Of a DNA stretch of 60,402 nucleotides, positions 17,857 through 29,320 are shown piece by piece; position 1 is the stretch's first letter, and each line of letters begins with the position of its first letter. The translations under genes and the position numbers were made by a program. A model generated the notes under the pieces. That model was not told the DNA's origin and ran no database searches. It worked only from the letters and a program-made list of their open reading frames with translations. The stretch comes from Fidelibacterota bacterium (lineage in GTDB: Bacteria > Fidelibacterota > Marinisomatia > Marinisomatales > JABMOV01): contig JABMOV010000166.1 in NCBI GenBank assembly GCA_013203145.1, positions 1 through 60,402 of the forward strand. Direction: 5' to 3'.

Positions 17857-19881
17857 ATGAAGACATACAAAGATTTAGATTCCTTCTCAGCATGGTCACA
17901 AAAGGAAAAAGATGGATATATAGTAAATGTAATCAAGGGTCTTATCATGGATGGCGTACGAAATGCCAATTCAGGTCATACGGGCGGACCCATGTCCTCA
18001 TCCGATTTTGCTACTATTTTATTTAAAGAGTACTTGAGTTTTGATCCCGATAATCCTGATTGGGTAAATCGTGATCGGTTTATTTTATCTGCTGGACACG
18101 AATCCATGCTCATCTATGCATTATTGTATCATGTGGGTTGGCTTTCCATGGATGACCTGAAGAAATTCCGGCAACTTCACAGTAATACACCCGGTCATCC
18201 AGAGGTTGAAATACCTGGTGTTGAAGCTACTACCGGACCATTAGGTCAAGGTGTTGGAATGGGTGTTGGGATGGCTGTGGCTCAAGCCATTTTAGCCCAT
18301 CAGGTTGAAACTAAATCAGATTCAGCCAAAGGATTGATGGATCATTTCACCTATGTTATATGTGGCGATGGTGATTTACAAGAACCGGTCGCATTAGGCG
18401 CCGCTGCTCTGGCAGGTCATTGGGGTTTATCAAAATTGATCATGTTTTATGATTCCAATGATATTCAGATTACAGGAAGCACCTCTAAATCAGATTCCAC
18501 AAATATTGAAAGTGTTTTTCGTGGAATGAAATGGAATGTAGAGACGATCGATGGACATGATCATGATGCCATACGGTCAGCCCTAAATAATGCAAAATCT
18601 GAAGAAAGTCCTTCCTTAATTGTTGGTAAAACAATTATGGCAAAGGGTTCAGCAACCATGGAAGGCAGTCATGGGACACATGGTTCGCCACTTCCCCAAT
18701 CAGAAATTGATGCCACTAAGGATAAATTGGGTTTGGAGAAAACTCCATTTTTTGCACCTGAAGTTTGTAAGGAATATTTTCAGGGTCGATTTTCAATTTT
18801 GCGAAATACTGTTACGGAGTGGCAGAATCAACGAAATGCGATTACAGATGGGGACTTTGAGCACTACTGGAATTTGGTCATTGATGGTTTTATTGGAGAG
18901 TTGGAGTATCCGGACTTCAGCGAAACTGAATCGATATCTACACGAAAAGCATTTGGAGCAACATTAGAATTATTTGCAAAACAGCTTCCCCATTTAATTG
19001 GAGGTTCTGCTGATTTAGATCCGTCAAATTGTACGGATGGTTTTGCAAAAACCTATGGTGATTTCTCTTTCAATAATCCTGGCGGAAGAAACTTGTCTTT
19101 TGGCGTAAGGGAATTTCCAATGGGAACCATCATGAATGGCATGGCTCTTCATGGTGGAGCCATCCCATTTGGAGGAACATTTTTAGTCTTCGCCGACTAT
19201 AGCCGTCCGGCAATTCGATTAGGAGCGATACAGAATATTCGTGTGATTCATGAATTCACACATGATTCATTTTATGTTGGGGAAGATGGTCCTACCCATC
19301 AACCGGTAGAACAAATTATGTCTCTTCGTACAATCCCAAATTTAAATGTATTTCGACCAGCAGATGCCCAAGAAACGGTTGCCTGTTTTAACTTGGCGAT
19401 TGAATCAAAAAAAGCACCCTCAATTCTACTGCTTACGAGACAAAATCTTCCTGTCTTTGATATGGATATGGATCAAATTGAGGTTGGTGTTCGCAAAGGC
19501 GCATATTGTGTCAAGGATTGCGATGGTCCACCGGGGATAGTATTAATTGCCACAGGATCAGAAGTCTCGCTGGCCATGGATGTCGCTCGTGAAATGACGG
19601 ACAAAAATTGTCGAGTGATTAGTATGCCATCTTGGGAATTATTTGAAAAACAATCGACTAAATATAATCAATCGCTCATACCACCTCGGGGTTGCTTAAA
19701 GGTATCCTTGGAGGCAGGAGTAACATTAGGGTGGGATAAATATGTTGGTCCAACGGGATTGAAAATCGGATTAGATCGATTTGGAGCATCTGCCCCGGCA
19801 AAAGATTTGGCTGAATATTTTGGATTTACTCCAGAAGCTGTGGAAAATAAAATTCGCGCACATATTGCGGCGTTGTTATAA
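17857..19881 (+). CDS. tkt: Transketolase
   Basis: SGHTGG, RDRFILSAGH, TPGHPE, GDGDLQE, GVREF, GEDGPTHQP; start set at ATG 17857. Confidence 0.97.
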   Translation: MKTYKDLDSFSAWSQKEKDGYIVNVIKGLIMDGVRNANSGHTGGPMSSSDFATILFKEYLSFDPDNPDWVNRDRFILSAGHESMLIYALLYHVGWLSMDDLKKFRQLHSNTPGHPEVEIPGVEATTGPLGQGVGMGVGMAVAQAILAHQVETKSDSAKGLMDHFTYVICGDGDLQEPVALGAAALAGHWGLSKLIMFYDSNDIQITGSTSKSDSTNIESVFRGMKWNVETIDGHDHDAIRSALNNAKSEESPSLIVGKTIMAKGSATMEGSHGTHGSPLPQSEIDATKDKLGLEKTPFFAPEVCKEYFQGRFSILRNTVTEWQNQRNAITDGDFEHYWNLVIDGFIGELEYPDFSETESISTRKAFGATLELFAKQLPHLIGGSADLDPSNCTDGFAKTYGDFSFNNPGGRNLSFGVREFPMGTIMNGMALHGGAIPFGGTFLVFADYSRPAIRLGAIQNIRVIHEFTHDSFYVGEDGPTHQPVEQIMSLRTIPNLNVFRPADAQETVACFNLAIESKKAPSILLLTRQNLPVFDMDMDQIEVGVRKGAYCVKDCDGPPGIVLIATGSEVSLAMDVAREMTDKNCRVISMPSWELFEKQSTKYNQSLIPPRGCLKVSLEAGVTLGWDKYVGPTGLKIGLDRFGASAPAKDLAEYFGFTPEAVENKIRAHIAALL

Positions 19882-19890
19882 GGAGGTTTT

Positions 19891-20349
19891 ATGCTACCTG
19901 ATCCCAAAAAGTACAAAATAGTTTTAGCTACTGATCATGCCGGATTTGAACTAAAAGAAAAAGTAAAATCCTATTTTCAGGGAAATGGATATACCGTAGA
20001 AGATTTTGGTGCATTTGAATATGATAGCAATGATGACTATCCCGATTTCATATTGCCGGCTGCTCATGTTGTGGGAAATTCGGATCATGCCTTTGGAATA
20101 ATCTTTGGCGGATCGGGTCAAGGCGAGGCGATGGCTGCAAATCGTGTCAAAGGGGTGAGAGCGGCAGTTTATTATGACGGCCCAGAAGATATCGTTCGTC
20201 TATCTCGTCAGCACAATAATGCTAACGTATTGTCATTGGGTGCTCGTTTTTTATCAATCGAAAAAGCAATTAGAGTCATTGATTTGTGGCTTCATGAACC
20301 CTTTGTAGGTGACCGTCACTTAAGACGAATTAGTAAACTCGATGCGTAG
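19891..20349 (+). CDS. rpiB: Ribose-5-phosphate isomerase B
   Basis: DHAGF, DYPD, GGSGQGE, HNNANVL; GGAGG RBS. Confidence 0.93.
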   Translation: MLPDPKKYKIVLATDHAGFELKEKVKSYFQGNGYTVEDFGAFEYDSNDDYPDFILPAAHVVGNSDHAFGIIFGGSGQGEAMAANRVKGVRAAVYYDGPEDIVRLSRQHNNANVLSLGARFLSIEKAIRVIDLWLHEPFVGDRHLRRISKLDA

Positions 20350-20463
20350 AGATTTATGATTTTCGTTGAAAGATCTCAAAAATATTTAAACCTGTTTAAT
20401 ATGTGATTGATAATAGATTGGGTATAAATTTCGTCGTAATCTAAAACCAATCATGATTGTCCT

Positions 20464-22242
20464 ATGATAAAACGAATCTGTATTATTCCTGCTTTGTTAT
20501 TTTCCTTCTCCTTTTCACAATTAACGAGTTCATATTTAATTATTCCTGAGTTGGCCATCCCTTACGTCGATAGCTGTGCACAATTTTGGATGAATGCCTG
20601 GGATGACGCCAATGGTGGATTCTATTCAAATATTGATCGATACGGAAATGTGAATACTTCCTGGGGAACTCATAAACATTTGTTGAGTCAATCGCGAAAT
20701 GTGTATGGTTTAACTCGCGCATTTATGCTCACCGGGGATACAACATATCTGGATTTAGCTCAAGAAGGTAACCAGTGGATGATCGATCACAACTGGGATT
20801 ATAGTTATGGTGGTTGGTATGGAGAGTTAAACTCTAATGGAAATCCTAATTATCCCAATTCTGATAAATCTGCTTTTGATCAACATTATGCATTGTTAGG
20901 TCCGATTGCCTTGTATGAAGCAACACAGGATTCATCTACGTGGAATATTATTATGGATGGGTATCAATGGATAGAGGATGTGTATTGGGATAATCGTGCC
21001 GGGTATGAAGGTTACTATGATGTTGCGAACCATTCGGGGACATCCGCCTGGGGGAAAAGCTTTAATGCCACCGTTGATGCCATAACCACGCATTTACTTT
21101 ATTTATATCTCATGACAGAAGATGACTCTTATCTGGATCGCTTAGTTGAACTCGCAGATGAGATCCAAACTTATCTGGTGGGCAGTATGCCAAATCAAGC
21201 AATCGGATTTGCGGAAAAATATGATTCAAATTGGAATATTGATAACAATGAAACCATGACAATAATGGGGCACGTTTTGAAAACGGCGTGGTGCTTGGGG
21301 CGAATTTGGCGGCTTACGGCAAATGATGATTATATTCCAGTCGCTGAGACACTATTATATGATGTTTGGGATAATGGTTACGATCACGATTTTGGCGGAC
21401 CCTACAAAGATTATAATCGTGTGACAGGTGAAATGTTGATGTGGGGAATTCCTGACACTGCAAAAGCGTGGTGGCAGATGGAACAGGCTATTGTCGGCGG
21501 TTTAGAATTAGCCGAACCTTTTGATAATACAATTGCTATTGAAATGGCAGACGAAACGACATCGTTTTTTATGACTCATTTTGTTGATCACGAATATGGG
21601 GATGTATACGAAAACCGTACACGCTATGGAGACGAGACGTGGGGATTACATAAAGGATCATCTTACAAAGCAGGATACCATTCCATTGAAACGGGTTACT
21701 ACATCTATCTTTATACCAATTTATTTATTCATGAAAATCCGGTAACACTTTACTACAGATTTGGCGAATACTCGGAAGACCGACAAGTTAAACTGACACC
21801 TTTAGCCATTGCAGATGATCATTTGAAAATTGCATCAGTAATTCATGATTCTACGCAGTGGAATCAATTTTTGGCAGAGGAGCGATTGTTGATAATTCCT
21901 GCTAATACCGAAGGAATTTTCGCGGTGACATTTGAACCTGTTGAACCTGTAATTAGTATTGCTTCGGATGATATAACTGTACCGTCACTTATGTTTTCAA
22001 ATGCACCAAATCCTTTTAACAATTCTACTGAATTCAAATTCAATATGCACACTAGTGGTATCGCAGAAATTCGTTTTGTGGATATTCGTGGCCGTGAAGT
22101 TGCACGTCCTATAATTGGAGAATATAGATCAGGTATGAACTATGTAAAATTCAGCGATCATGGATTAGCATCTGGGATGTATTTTGCGATATTGAAAACC
22201 CCTACGGGGCAATCAACCAGACGGATTGTATTAATGAAATAG
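20464..22242 (+). CDS. Secreted AGE / cellobiose 2-epimerase family protein with C-terminal sorting-type domain
   Basis: Signal peptide; DDANGGFY, QSRNVYG, GHVLKTAW, WWQMEQA, KAGYH; PNPFNNST tag. Confidence 0.75.
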   Translation: MIKRICIIPALLFSFSFSQLTSSYLIIPELAIPYVDSCAQFWMNAWDDANGGFYSNIDRYGNVNTSWGTHKHLLSQSRNVYGLTRAFMLTGDTTYLDLAQEGNQWMIDHNWDYSYGGWYGELNSNGNPNYPNSDKSAFDQHYALLGPIALYEATQDSSTWNIIMDGYQWIEDVYWDNRAGYEGYYDVANHSGTSAWGKSFNATVDAITTHLLYLYLMTEDDSYLDRLVELADEIQTYLVGSMPNQAIGFAEKYDSNWNIDNNETMTIMGHVLKTAWCLGRIWRLTANDDYIPVAETLLYDVWDNGYDHDFGGPYKDYNRVTGEMLMWGIPDTAKAWWQMEQAIVGGLELAEPFDNTIAIEMADETTSFFMTHFVDHEYGDVYENRTRYGDETWGLHKGSSYKAGYHSIETGYYIYLYTNLFIHENPVTLYYRFGEYSEDRQVKLTPLAIADDHLKIASVIHDSTQWNQFLAEERLLIIPANTEGIFAVTFEPVEPVISIASDDITVPSLMFSNAPNPFNNSTEFKFNMHTSGIAEIRFVDIRGREVARPIIGEYRSGMNYVKFSDHGLASGMYFAILKTPTGQSTRRIVLMK

Positions 22243-22267
22243 TGGAAAAATTTTAACTAATTCGAAC

Positions 22268-23353
22268 TTATTTCAGTAAAACCATTTTCTTCGTTTGTGT
22301 AAAGTTTCCAATCTGAACTTGATATAAATAAACTCCTGCACTCACAGGTTGATCCGCATTATTTGTTGCATCCCAAACAGTGGATTTAACGCCGGAGTAT
22401 TCTTGTTTATTAATCAGTGTTTTTACTTCATTCCCACATAAATCATAAATTGTAACCAACACATGGCTTTTTAGGGGTAATTCGTAGCTTATGGTTGTGG
22501 TTGGGTTGAAGGGGTTTGGGAACGCGTTGTATAATACAAGTTGGTCAGGCAGAGAGGATGAAAAACTATTGTGAGTTGTGGATGTATCACTTGCGTTTGG
22601 CCACCAGATACGTCTTGCCAAAGATGAGTCTAATACAAATGGATTGGGATTGTCCTGCTGATAAGCCGCAATTTCATACGTGCGTTCATATTCGACAGAA
22701 TCCACTGGATCAAGATAATGCCAGGCGAGTAATGAGGTATTTTGTTGACTCCAGAAACCGTCATCAGCGGCATCCTGATACATTGCATAAAAATAAATCA
22801 TGGCGCGAGCCGTATTTCCTTTATGATCTTCACGAACTTCAAAAGCAGAAGGAGTATCTTCACTCCACTCATCAATATAATCTGTGGGGATTGATGAAGA
22901 AGTTTGATCCAAACGATACCATGTTACAGTATTCGCATCTGGAATATCTAAAAACGGGTCGTTACCACGGGCAGAATTCGCTTCCACTCTTGTAGGAAAC
23001 AGATGGTGCATATCACTCCTCTGAGGTTCTGAACCAGCCCCCAGGCTTTGCGGCCACGTATGTTCGCAATTGATACCTTTATTATATGCATCAACACTGG
23101 GATCGGTAACCATATCAAGTTCTATAGTAAATCCACTATAAACTCCACTAAGCTGATTACCATCATGGACATCAATTTCACCGTACATAATATCTCGGGC
23201 AGGTCCGTAACCAAGGGTTGTACTGGTTTTATAATTATCAACCACGTAAGTGAGGAGTTCGTCGCCGATCATACCATCACCAATCACCATATATTGTTGA
23301 CCAAATATCAATGAAGAAACTGCGAGAGAAAGAAAAAGTATTTTTTTAAACAT
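22268..23353 (-). CDS. Secreted endonuclease I (EndA/Bsn-like) with FlgD/T9SS-type tag
   Basis: NCEHTWPQS, SDMHHLFP, NSARGN, KGNTARA, NPNPFV; FPNPFNPTT tag; start set at ATG 23353. Confidence 0.88.
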   Translation of the reverse strand: MFKKILFLSLAVSSLIFGQQYMVIGDGMIGDELLTYVVDNYKTSTTLGYGPARDIMYGEIDVHDGNQLSGVYSGFTIELDMVTDPSVDAYNKGINCEHTWPQSLGAGSEPQRSDMHHLFPTRVEANSARGNDPFLDIPDANTVTWYRLDQTSSSIPTDYIDEWSEDTPSAFEVREDHKGNTARAMIYFYAMYQDAADDGFWSQQNTSLLAWHYLDPVDSVEYERTYEIAAYQQDNPNPFVLDSSLARRIWWPNASDTSTTHNSFSSSLPDQLVLYNAFPNPFNPTTTISYELPLKSHVLVTIYDLCGNEVKTLINKQEYSGVKSTVWDATNNADQPVSAGVYLYQVQIGNFTQTKKMVLLK

Positions 23354-23357
23354 TGTT

Positions 23358-23873
23358 TTACCTGTATAGCATGAAGTAGATGATGACACCGGAAATTGAA
23401 ACTGCCAGCCAAAGTGGGAAAGTCCATTTAGCAATATTTTTGTGTTTCTGGCGATTGTCAATCCAGCCTCGATAAAGCGTTATTAAAATAAGGGGTGCGA
23501 TTGCTGCTGCCAATAAAATGTGCATGATCAATATTGGATAGTACAACCATGGAAACTGTCCTAAATAGGATTTAGGTACAGATTGAAAATAATGATAGAG
23601 CACATAAGAAATTAAAAAAGCAGATGAAAGAGTAAATGCAGATAGCATTGAAATCTGATGGGCACGTTCTTGTTTTCTTTGAATGAAAAAATATCCAGCT
23701 AATAATGCCAGACCAGAAAGTCCGTTAAGAGTAACATTCAGATGCGGTAGCAAAGAAACATCAACTGAATGGTCACCAATTTTTGGACCATAAACAAGAT
23801 AACTTACAACGAGCAGTAATAAAGCAGAAAGTACGCCACTAATAATTTTCCAGTATGTGGAAGTATTTCTCAT
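23358..23873 (-). CDS. DUF420 family membrane protein
   Basis: LPHLNVTLN, FLISYVLYH, HILLA, HKNIAKWTFPLWLAVSISG; follows ctaB. Confidence 0.85.
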   Translation of the reverse strand: MRNTSTYWKIISGVLSALLLLVVSYLVYGPKIGDHSVDVSLLPHLNVTLNGLSGLALLAGYFFIQRKQERAHQISMLSAFTLSSAFLISYVLYHYFQSVPKSYLGQFPWLYYPILIMHILLAAAIAPLILITLYRGWIDNRQKHKNIAKWTFPLWLAVSISGVIIYFMLYR

Positions 23874-24760
23874 CGTATAAACAATTGCGCATCAATAATA
23901 ATGAGGACTAACAAAAGGGGAAGATAGATAACAGAGCTTTTCAGTAATCCCGTTGCATTTTCTAAAGACATCGATTTTGATAATTTAATTCCAGAATGTA
24001 AATAACCATAGCCCAGTAGAATTGCACCGACTAAGTAGACAATCCCTGCGATGCCCCAGAAAACGGGCATAATAGAAACTAATATCAAAAGTAAAGTATG
24101 AATTAATATTTGGCGTTTTGTGCTACTTCCAGTTTCATCCAGTACAGGTAACATCTTTAAACCGGCTTTGGCATAATCATCTTTGCAAAGGATGGCGATT
24201 GCATAAAAGTGGGGATGTTGCCAGAAAAATAGGATTCCGAACATTATCCAGGCACCCATATCTAGTTGGTTTGTTGCGGCTGTCCAACCACCCATCGCTG
24301 GAAGTGCGCCAGGGATTGCTCCGATGGATGTATTTAACCAGGTTATACGTTTTAATGGCGTATAAACGAGAACGTATAGTGCAACCGTAAAAAGTGCAAT
24401 GATCGCGGTTAACGAATTGATATATAAATCTATAACCATGACACCTGCAACGGAAAGCAGTAATCCGAGAATCAGGGCAAAGGGCTTTGATATAATACCA
24501 GCAGGAATTGGTCTATATTGTGTCCGGGCCATGAGAACATCCGTATCACGTTCAAAAAGGTGATTTAGGGTTCCGGCACCACCTTTGACCAATGCTGTAC
24601 CAAATAAAAGAATAAACAATTCACTATAAGACCGAATACCATTGTTAGCCAAATAGTAGGAAAATGTTGTCGTAACTAAAACCATCACCATAATACGTGG
24701 CTTTGTCAGTTCTAAAAGAGCTGATAATAATGAGGGAGCAACTGATCGTTTTGTTTTCAT
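23870..24760 (-). CDS. ctaB: Heme o synthase (protoheme IX farnesyltransferase)
   Basis: LTKPRI, ERDTDVLMARTQYRPIP, YTPLKR, FFWQHPHF. Confidence 0.95.
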   Translation of the reverse strand: MKTKRSVAPSLLSALLELTKPRIMVMVLVTTTFSYYLANNGIRSYSELFILLFGTALVKGGAGTLNHLFERDTDVLMARTQYRPIPAGIISKPFALILGLLLSVAGVMVIDLYINSLTAIIALFTVALYVLVYTPLKRITWLNTSIGAIPGALPAMGGWTAATNQLDMGAWIMFGILFFWQHPHFYAIAILCKDDYAKAGLKMLPVLDETGSSTKRQILIHTLLLILVSIMPVFWGIAGIVYLVGAILLGYGYLHSGIKLSKSMSLENATGLLKSSVIYLPLLLVLIIIDAQLFIR

Positions 24761-24829
24761 AATGTGATCAAAAAATAAGCCCCGGAAGTTACGCCAAGGC
24801 TATAAAGAATTTAATAATGGTTTTCGTGA

Positions 24830-25201
24830 TTAATGAGTAGTAGAGGTCGATTCCATTGTATCATACATTGGAGCGTTAGGTTTTATTCTACCATCCATTT
24901 CAGGATTAATATATCCGCGTGTTTGAGTATCAAACATGGTTAATACTAAAAAAATAGTGAGAAAAAGCATAGCGGTAGAAAAAATGACGAGATAGATTTT
25001 TTTATCCCACCACAATTGCATAAAAAAGAAAGCCACGAGTAAGGCTTTTATCGATGCAATACCCAATGCAACCAGTACATTAAAACCACCTAAATCGATA
25101 TTGGATACTGCTACGGTAATGATTGTCAAAACCATTAATGCCGACGCCACTACCAGATATATCCACAAAGGTGTAATATGATGGGTATGTGTGTTATTCA
25201 T
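24830..25201 (-). CDS. Cytochrome c oxidase subunit IV
   Basis: Three TM helices, IASIKALLVAFFFMQL. Confidence 0.85.
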   Translation of the reverse strand: MNNTHTHHITPLWIYLVVASALMVLTIITVAVSNIDLGGFNVLVALGIASIKALLVAFFFMQLWWDKKIYLVIFSTAMLFLTIFLVLTMFDTQTRGYINPEMDGRIKPNAPMYDTMESTSTTH

Positions 25202-25205
25202 AAGT

Positions 25206-25853
25206 CTAGCCTATTAAATAGAGTAGTGGAAAAAGGAAAATCCATATCATATCCACCAGATGCCAGAACAATCCGGTAATTTCAAGCGGAGTATAATATT
25301 TACTGGAAAAATGACCTTTTTTGGTTCGGACCATCAACCAGATAATTAATCCTATTCCAATAAGAACATGAAGCCCATGGAGACCAGTCATCATAAAGTA
25401 AATACTGAAGAAAATATGCGGATTTGCACCTTCAATCCCGGTATAGGTATAATATTTCCCAGGTAATTGTCCTAAGTGAAATTTGTGACTATATTCAAAA
25501 TATTTCACAACCATAAATGTAGCAGCTAATAATACGGTTGCCATAAGATACCAGAATGTTTGCTTCTTTTTATCATGTTGCATGGACCAGATGGATAATG
25601 CCATTGTGAGGGAACTGGTAATTAAGACAATTGTATTTAGTGCCCCCATGGATGCGTTTAGCGCTTTATGAGCAAAATGAAACATTTCAGGATTCCACGC
25701 CCGATAAATAGCATAAGCTATAAATAAACCACCAAAAGTCAGGATTTCTGTGAGTAAAAATACCCACATCCCAGTTTTTGCAGCATCCATTTGCTGTTCT
25801 GCATCAGCAAAATGATGTTGTAAATATGTTGGATGTGTTTCTGCATTACTCAT
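25206..25853 (-). CDS. ctaE: Cytochrome c oxidase subunit III
   Basis: GMWVFLLTE, MTGLHGLHV, WHLVDMIW. Confidence 0.93.
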   Translation of the reverse strand: MSNAETHPTYLQHHFADAEQQMDAAKTGMWVFLLTEILTFGGLFIAYAIYRAWNPEMFHFAHKALNASMGALNTIVLITSSLTMALSIWSMQHDKKKQTFWYLMATVLLAATFMVVKYFEYSHKFHLGQLPGKYYTYTGIEGANPHIFFSIYFMMTGLHGLHVLIGIGLIIWLMVRTKKGHFSSKYYTPLEITGLFWHLVDMIWIFLFPLLYLIG

Positions 25854-25865
25854 AATAATTCCAAA

Positions 25866-27482
25866 CTATAGATCTAAGGTTGGTTTGGCCAAAACTTTAT
25901 CATAATCATATGGACCATGTGTGATTTCTGGCGTGACAGAAAAATTATGTGGGTCGGGTGGGGATGTTGTTTTCCACTCTAATCCTAACACTCCCCATGG
26001 ATTATCACCTACGGGTTTTCCTTTCCATATCGCGACGAAAAGATTGGCAAACGCAGTGAAGAGTGAAAATCCTAATATGAATGCACCGATAGTCGAAAGC
26101 TGATTATTGAATGTATACTGTTCAACGTACATAAAATACCGTCGCGGCATTCCATGCAATCCATTAATGAATTGAGGAACAAAGGTTAGGATAAATCCAA
26201 TAAATATTAACACAGCCAGAATTTGAGCCAGCTTTTCGTTGAACATCCGTCCAAACATTTTGGGCCACCAGTAATGCAGTCCTCCAAGAAAGGCGATTAC
26301 TGTTCCGCCCATCATGGTAAAGTGAAAATGTGCCACGATAAAATAGGTGTCATGAAGATGAACATCTGTTCCCATTGACCCCAGAAAAATTCCAGTAAGA
26401 CCTCCGATGGAGAATAAAATCAGAAAAGAAAAGGCATACAACATAGGTGATGTAAAACGAATAGAACCTTTATATAAGGTTGCCAACCAGTTGAATATTT
26501 TGATTCCTGATGGAATACCAACCAGGAATGTGAGTACCGAAAATATTGTGGATGCCAGAACCGATTGGGTAGATGTATACATGTGATGACCCCACACCAG
26601 AAAACTGATAAAAGCGATACCTAAACTGGAATACGCCACAGCTTTGTACCCGAATATCTTCTTTCGTGAAAAAGAAGTGATCAATTCACTGATAATACCC
26701 ATCCCAGGTAATATCATGACGTATACAGCAGGGTGTGAATAGAACCAGAAGAAATGTTGGTATAATACGGGATCCCCGCCCATAGCCGGATCAAAAATTC
26801 CGATACCCAACGTACGTTCAAGAATGAGCAGAACGAGCGTAATTGCCAAAACAGGCGTAGCTGCAACCTGGATGATGGCAGTGGCATACAGTCCCCATAT
26901 AAAGAGAGGCATACTAAACCAGTGGATGCCAGGGGCACGCAGTTTGTGAATGGTTACAATGAAATTAATACCTGTCAATATTGACGAGAAACCCATGATA
27001 AAGGCACCTAAAACAACGGATATTACGGCAGAATCCGTAGAAGTACTGTAGGGTGTGTAAAATGTCCATCCCGTATCAAAACCTCCCAATAATATGGATA
27101 GAACCGCAATGAGGGCCCCCGCCAAATACACATACCAGCTTGCTAGGTTTAAACGTGGGAATGCCACATCTTTTGCGCCAATCATAATAGGTAAAAAGAA
27201 ATTCCCCAATCCTGCAGGAATTGCAGGAATGATAAACAAAAATACCATTACCGCGCCATGAAGAGTAAAAAGTTTATTATAAAAATTGGCTGTCATGAAA
27301 TCTGCACCCGGGAAGAATAATTCCGAGCGCATAATCATTGCTAAGGCACCTCCAAATAAGAAAAAGAAAATTACCGCCCAAAGGTACATCACGCCGATTC
27401 TTTTATGATCCAGCGTGGTTAACCAGGACTTTATTCCTTTTTCAGGAGCGTTTAAATAATGTGTTTCAGGAAATGTATTCAT
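25866..27482 (-). CDS. ctaD: Cytochrome c oxidase subunit I, type A2
   Basis: [40 protein letters not shown]. Confidence 0.97.
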   Translation of the reverse strand: MNTFPETHYLNAPEKGIKSWLTTLDHKRIGVMYLWAVIFFFLFGGALAMIMRSELFFPGADFMTANFYNKLFTLHGAVMVFLFIIPAIPAGLGNFFLPIMIGAKDVAFPRLNLASWYVYLAGALIAVLSILLGGFDTGWTFYTPYSTSTDSAVISVVLGAFIMGFSSILTGINFIVTIHKLRAPGIHWFSMPLFIWGLYATAIIQVAATPVLAITLVLLILERTLGIGIFDPAMGGDPVLYQHFFWFYSHPAVYVMILPGMGIISELITSFSRKKIFGYKAVAYSSLGIAFISFLVWGHHMYTSTQSVLASTIFSVLTFLVGIPSGIKIFNWLATLYKGSIRFTSPMLYAFSFLILFSIGGLTGIFLGSMGTDVHLHDTYFIVAHFHFTMMGGTVIAFLGGLHYWWPKMFGRMFNEKLAQILAVLIFIGFILTFVPQFINGLHGMPRRYFMYVEQYTFNNQLSTIGAFILGFSLFTAFANLFVAIWKGKPVGDNPWGVLGLEWKTTSPPDPHNFSVTPEITHGPYDYDKVLAKPTLDL

Positions 27483-27490
27483 AATAATTC

Positions 27491-28441
27491 TTACTGCTTA
27501 AGTGTTTTGATATATGCGATGATACCGTCTAAATCTCGGTCGGATAATAATCCCTGGTAAGTAGGCATAACGGGTGGATAGCTTTCAACAATCTGGGCTC
27601 CTGGATCTAATAATGATCTGCGTATGTAGTTTTCATCAACAAGGACTTCGGTGCCATCCGTGAGTTTTTCTGTTTTACCAAAAGTACCTTTTAATGAAGG
27701 TCCGACCAAACGTGATCCATCCAATGTGTGGCAGGTAAAACAGGCTTTTTCTTTATATATTTTTTCACCAAGCTCTTCTAGTGGCATATCAGAATCGGCA
27801 TCGTTACCAACTTGGGATTGCCAGGTAGCAAAATCATTTTTAGCCAGGACTTTAACATTGCCAATCATTTCTGAATGACCCGTTCCACAATATTCAGTAC
27901 AAAAGAGATTATAATCTCCTGGTTCAACTGCTTCGAACCATGTTACACTATAACGATTAGGTACGACATCCATTTTCACACGGAAATTTGGAACATAAAA
28001 ACTATGAATAACGTCTTCAGAAGACATGAGCAGCTTGATGGGTGTATTGACAGGGACAACAATTTCATTCACTGAAGTATAGCCGTCAGAGTAATCAAAA
28101 GTCCAAAACCATTTTTTACCAGTGACCTTTATTTCAATAGCGTCTTTAGGGACTACGTTGAGCGTTAAAAACGTTTTAAATCCCCACACAAAAACAATAA
28201 GTACAAGAATCGTTGGGATGATCGTCCAAATGAGTTCCAGAGTCGTATTGTGAGAGATGTCCGGGGTGAGTACAACCTCTTTGGATCGTGCTCGGTATTT
28301 AAATCCAAAATAGATTAATCCGAAAACAACGATAGCAAAAATAATGAGTGACGCGAGACCAATAAATAAAAATAAAGCATCAACATCGGGTGCGACTGTT
28401 GAACCTTGACCCGGTAGGAAAAAATTCCCCTTATTTTCCAT
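27491..28441 (-). CDS. ctaC: Cytochrome c oxidase subunit II with fused cytochrome c (caa3-type architecture)
   Basis: [18 protein letters not shown] CuA motif, CFTCH heme motif. Confidence 0.95.
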   Translation of the reverse strand: MENKGNFFLPGQGSTVAPDVDALFLFIGLASLIIFAIVVFGLIYFGFKYRARSKEVVLTPDISHNTTLELIWTIIPTILVLIVFVWGFKTFLTLNVVPKDAIEIKVTGKKWFWTFDYSDGYTSVNEIVVPVNTPIKLLMSSEDVIHSFYVPNFRVKMDVVPNRYSVTWFEAVEPGDYNLFCTEYCGTGHSEMIGNVKVLAKNDFATWQSQVGNDADSDMPLEELGEKIYKEKACFTCHTLDGSRLVGPSLKGTFGKTEKLTDGTEVLVDENYIRRSLLDPGAQIVESYPPVMPTYQGLLSDRDLDGIIAYIKTLKQ

Positions 28442-28465
28442 CGAATTCGTTTCCTGTTTTAATGG

Positions 28466-29320
28466 TTAAATACGTTTCATCATTTTTCGTTCTTTTGTCC
28501 ACAGAATGCCAAAAAATATGCCCATAATCACGACAGTAACTAAACCACCGAGACGCATTACATTTGCTGCGAACACTACATACGATCCTGCATCAGGATC
28601 ATATTGGAAGCAATACAAGATAAGTTTATCTATTGTATTGCCAATTCGGCCCTTTGAAGCTTCTAAAAGACTTAGTTTTAAATCTTGGGGCCAAAAATGC
28701 AAACCATATAAATATCTAGAGATCACTCCATCTGGTGTCAGAATAAATACAACAGCAGGATGGGCATATTCCTCTAAATTAAGGTCGTAATAATACTGAA
28801 AACCGAGTGCTTCTGACAAGGACTTAATTTCAATAGAATCACCAACTAAAAAGGACCAAGATATCTTATTATACTCTTTTTCGTAGACATCCTTTTTAGT
28901 GGTGCTATGCTGGGGCGTTTCATTGGGATCAATACTTACAGTTATTAGTTTATAATCTTCTCCTGAGCTATAGGGAATTTTACCTAATCCCTCTCCTAAG
29001 CCATTGAGAACAAAAGTACAAAGCATAGGGCATTCATAATATGCCAGAGTAAGTATTGTGGGTTTACCCGTTATAAATAGAGAGGACAATTTTACAGAAT
29101 TACCATTTTCGTCTAGAAAGGAAAGGTTGCTGGGTATTGTATCGCCAAGATGTTCAATAACATCTATCCCTATAAGTTGTCGATCGTTGTCTTTTATTTG
29201 CTGGGCTAGGAGAGGGGCTAATAGTAAAACGAACATAGCAAACCTGAAGCAACAATGTGGCTTAATCAAAAAGAAATTCACTGTGATTAGATTAATTGCG
29301 AACGTCTGTATCGGTAGCAA
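28466..29320 (-). CDS. SCO family copper chaperone (start uncertain, possibly ATG 29236)
   Basis: YYECPMLC, VSIDP, YAHPA; C-terminal TM helix. Confidence 0.88.
   Translation of the reverse strand: MLPIQTFAINLITVNFFLIKPHCCFRFAMFVLLLAPLLAQQIKDNDRQLIGIDVIEHLGDTIPSNLSFLDENGNSVKLSSLFITGKPTILTLAYYECPMLCTFVLNGLGEGLGKIPYSSGEDYKLITVSIDPNETPQHSTTKKDVYEKEYNKISWSFLVGDSIEIKSLSEALGFQYYYDLNLEEYAHPAVVFILTPDGVISRYLYGLHFWPQDLKLSLLEASKGRIGNTIDKLILYCFQYDPDAGSYVVFAANVMRLGGLVTVVIMGIFFGILWTKERKMMKRI

Noticed and set aside
23354-23461. Long overlap between the nuclease and DUF420 (similar overlaps at tkt, actE and clpP)
   Set aside because: Artefact of longest-ORF start choice; downstream ATGs give proper signal peptides or RBS spacing.
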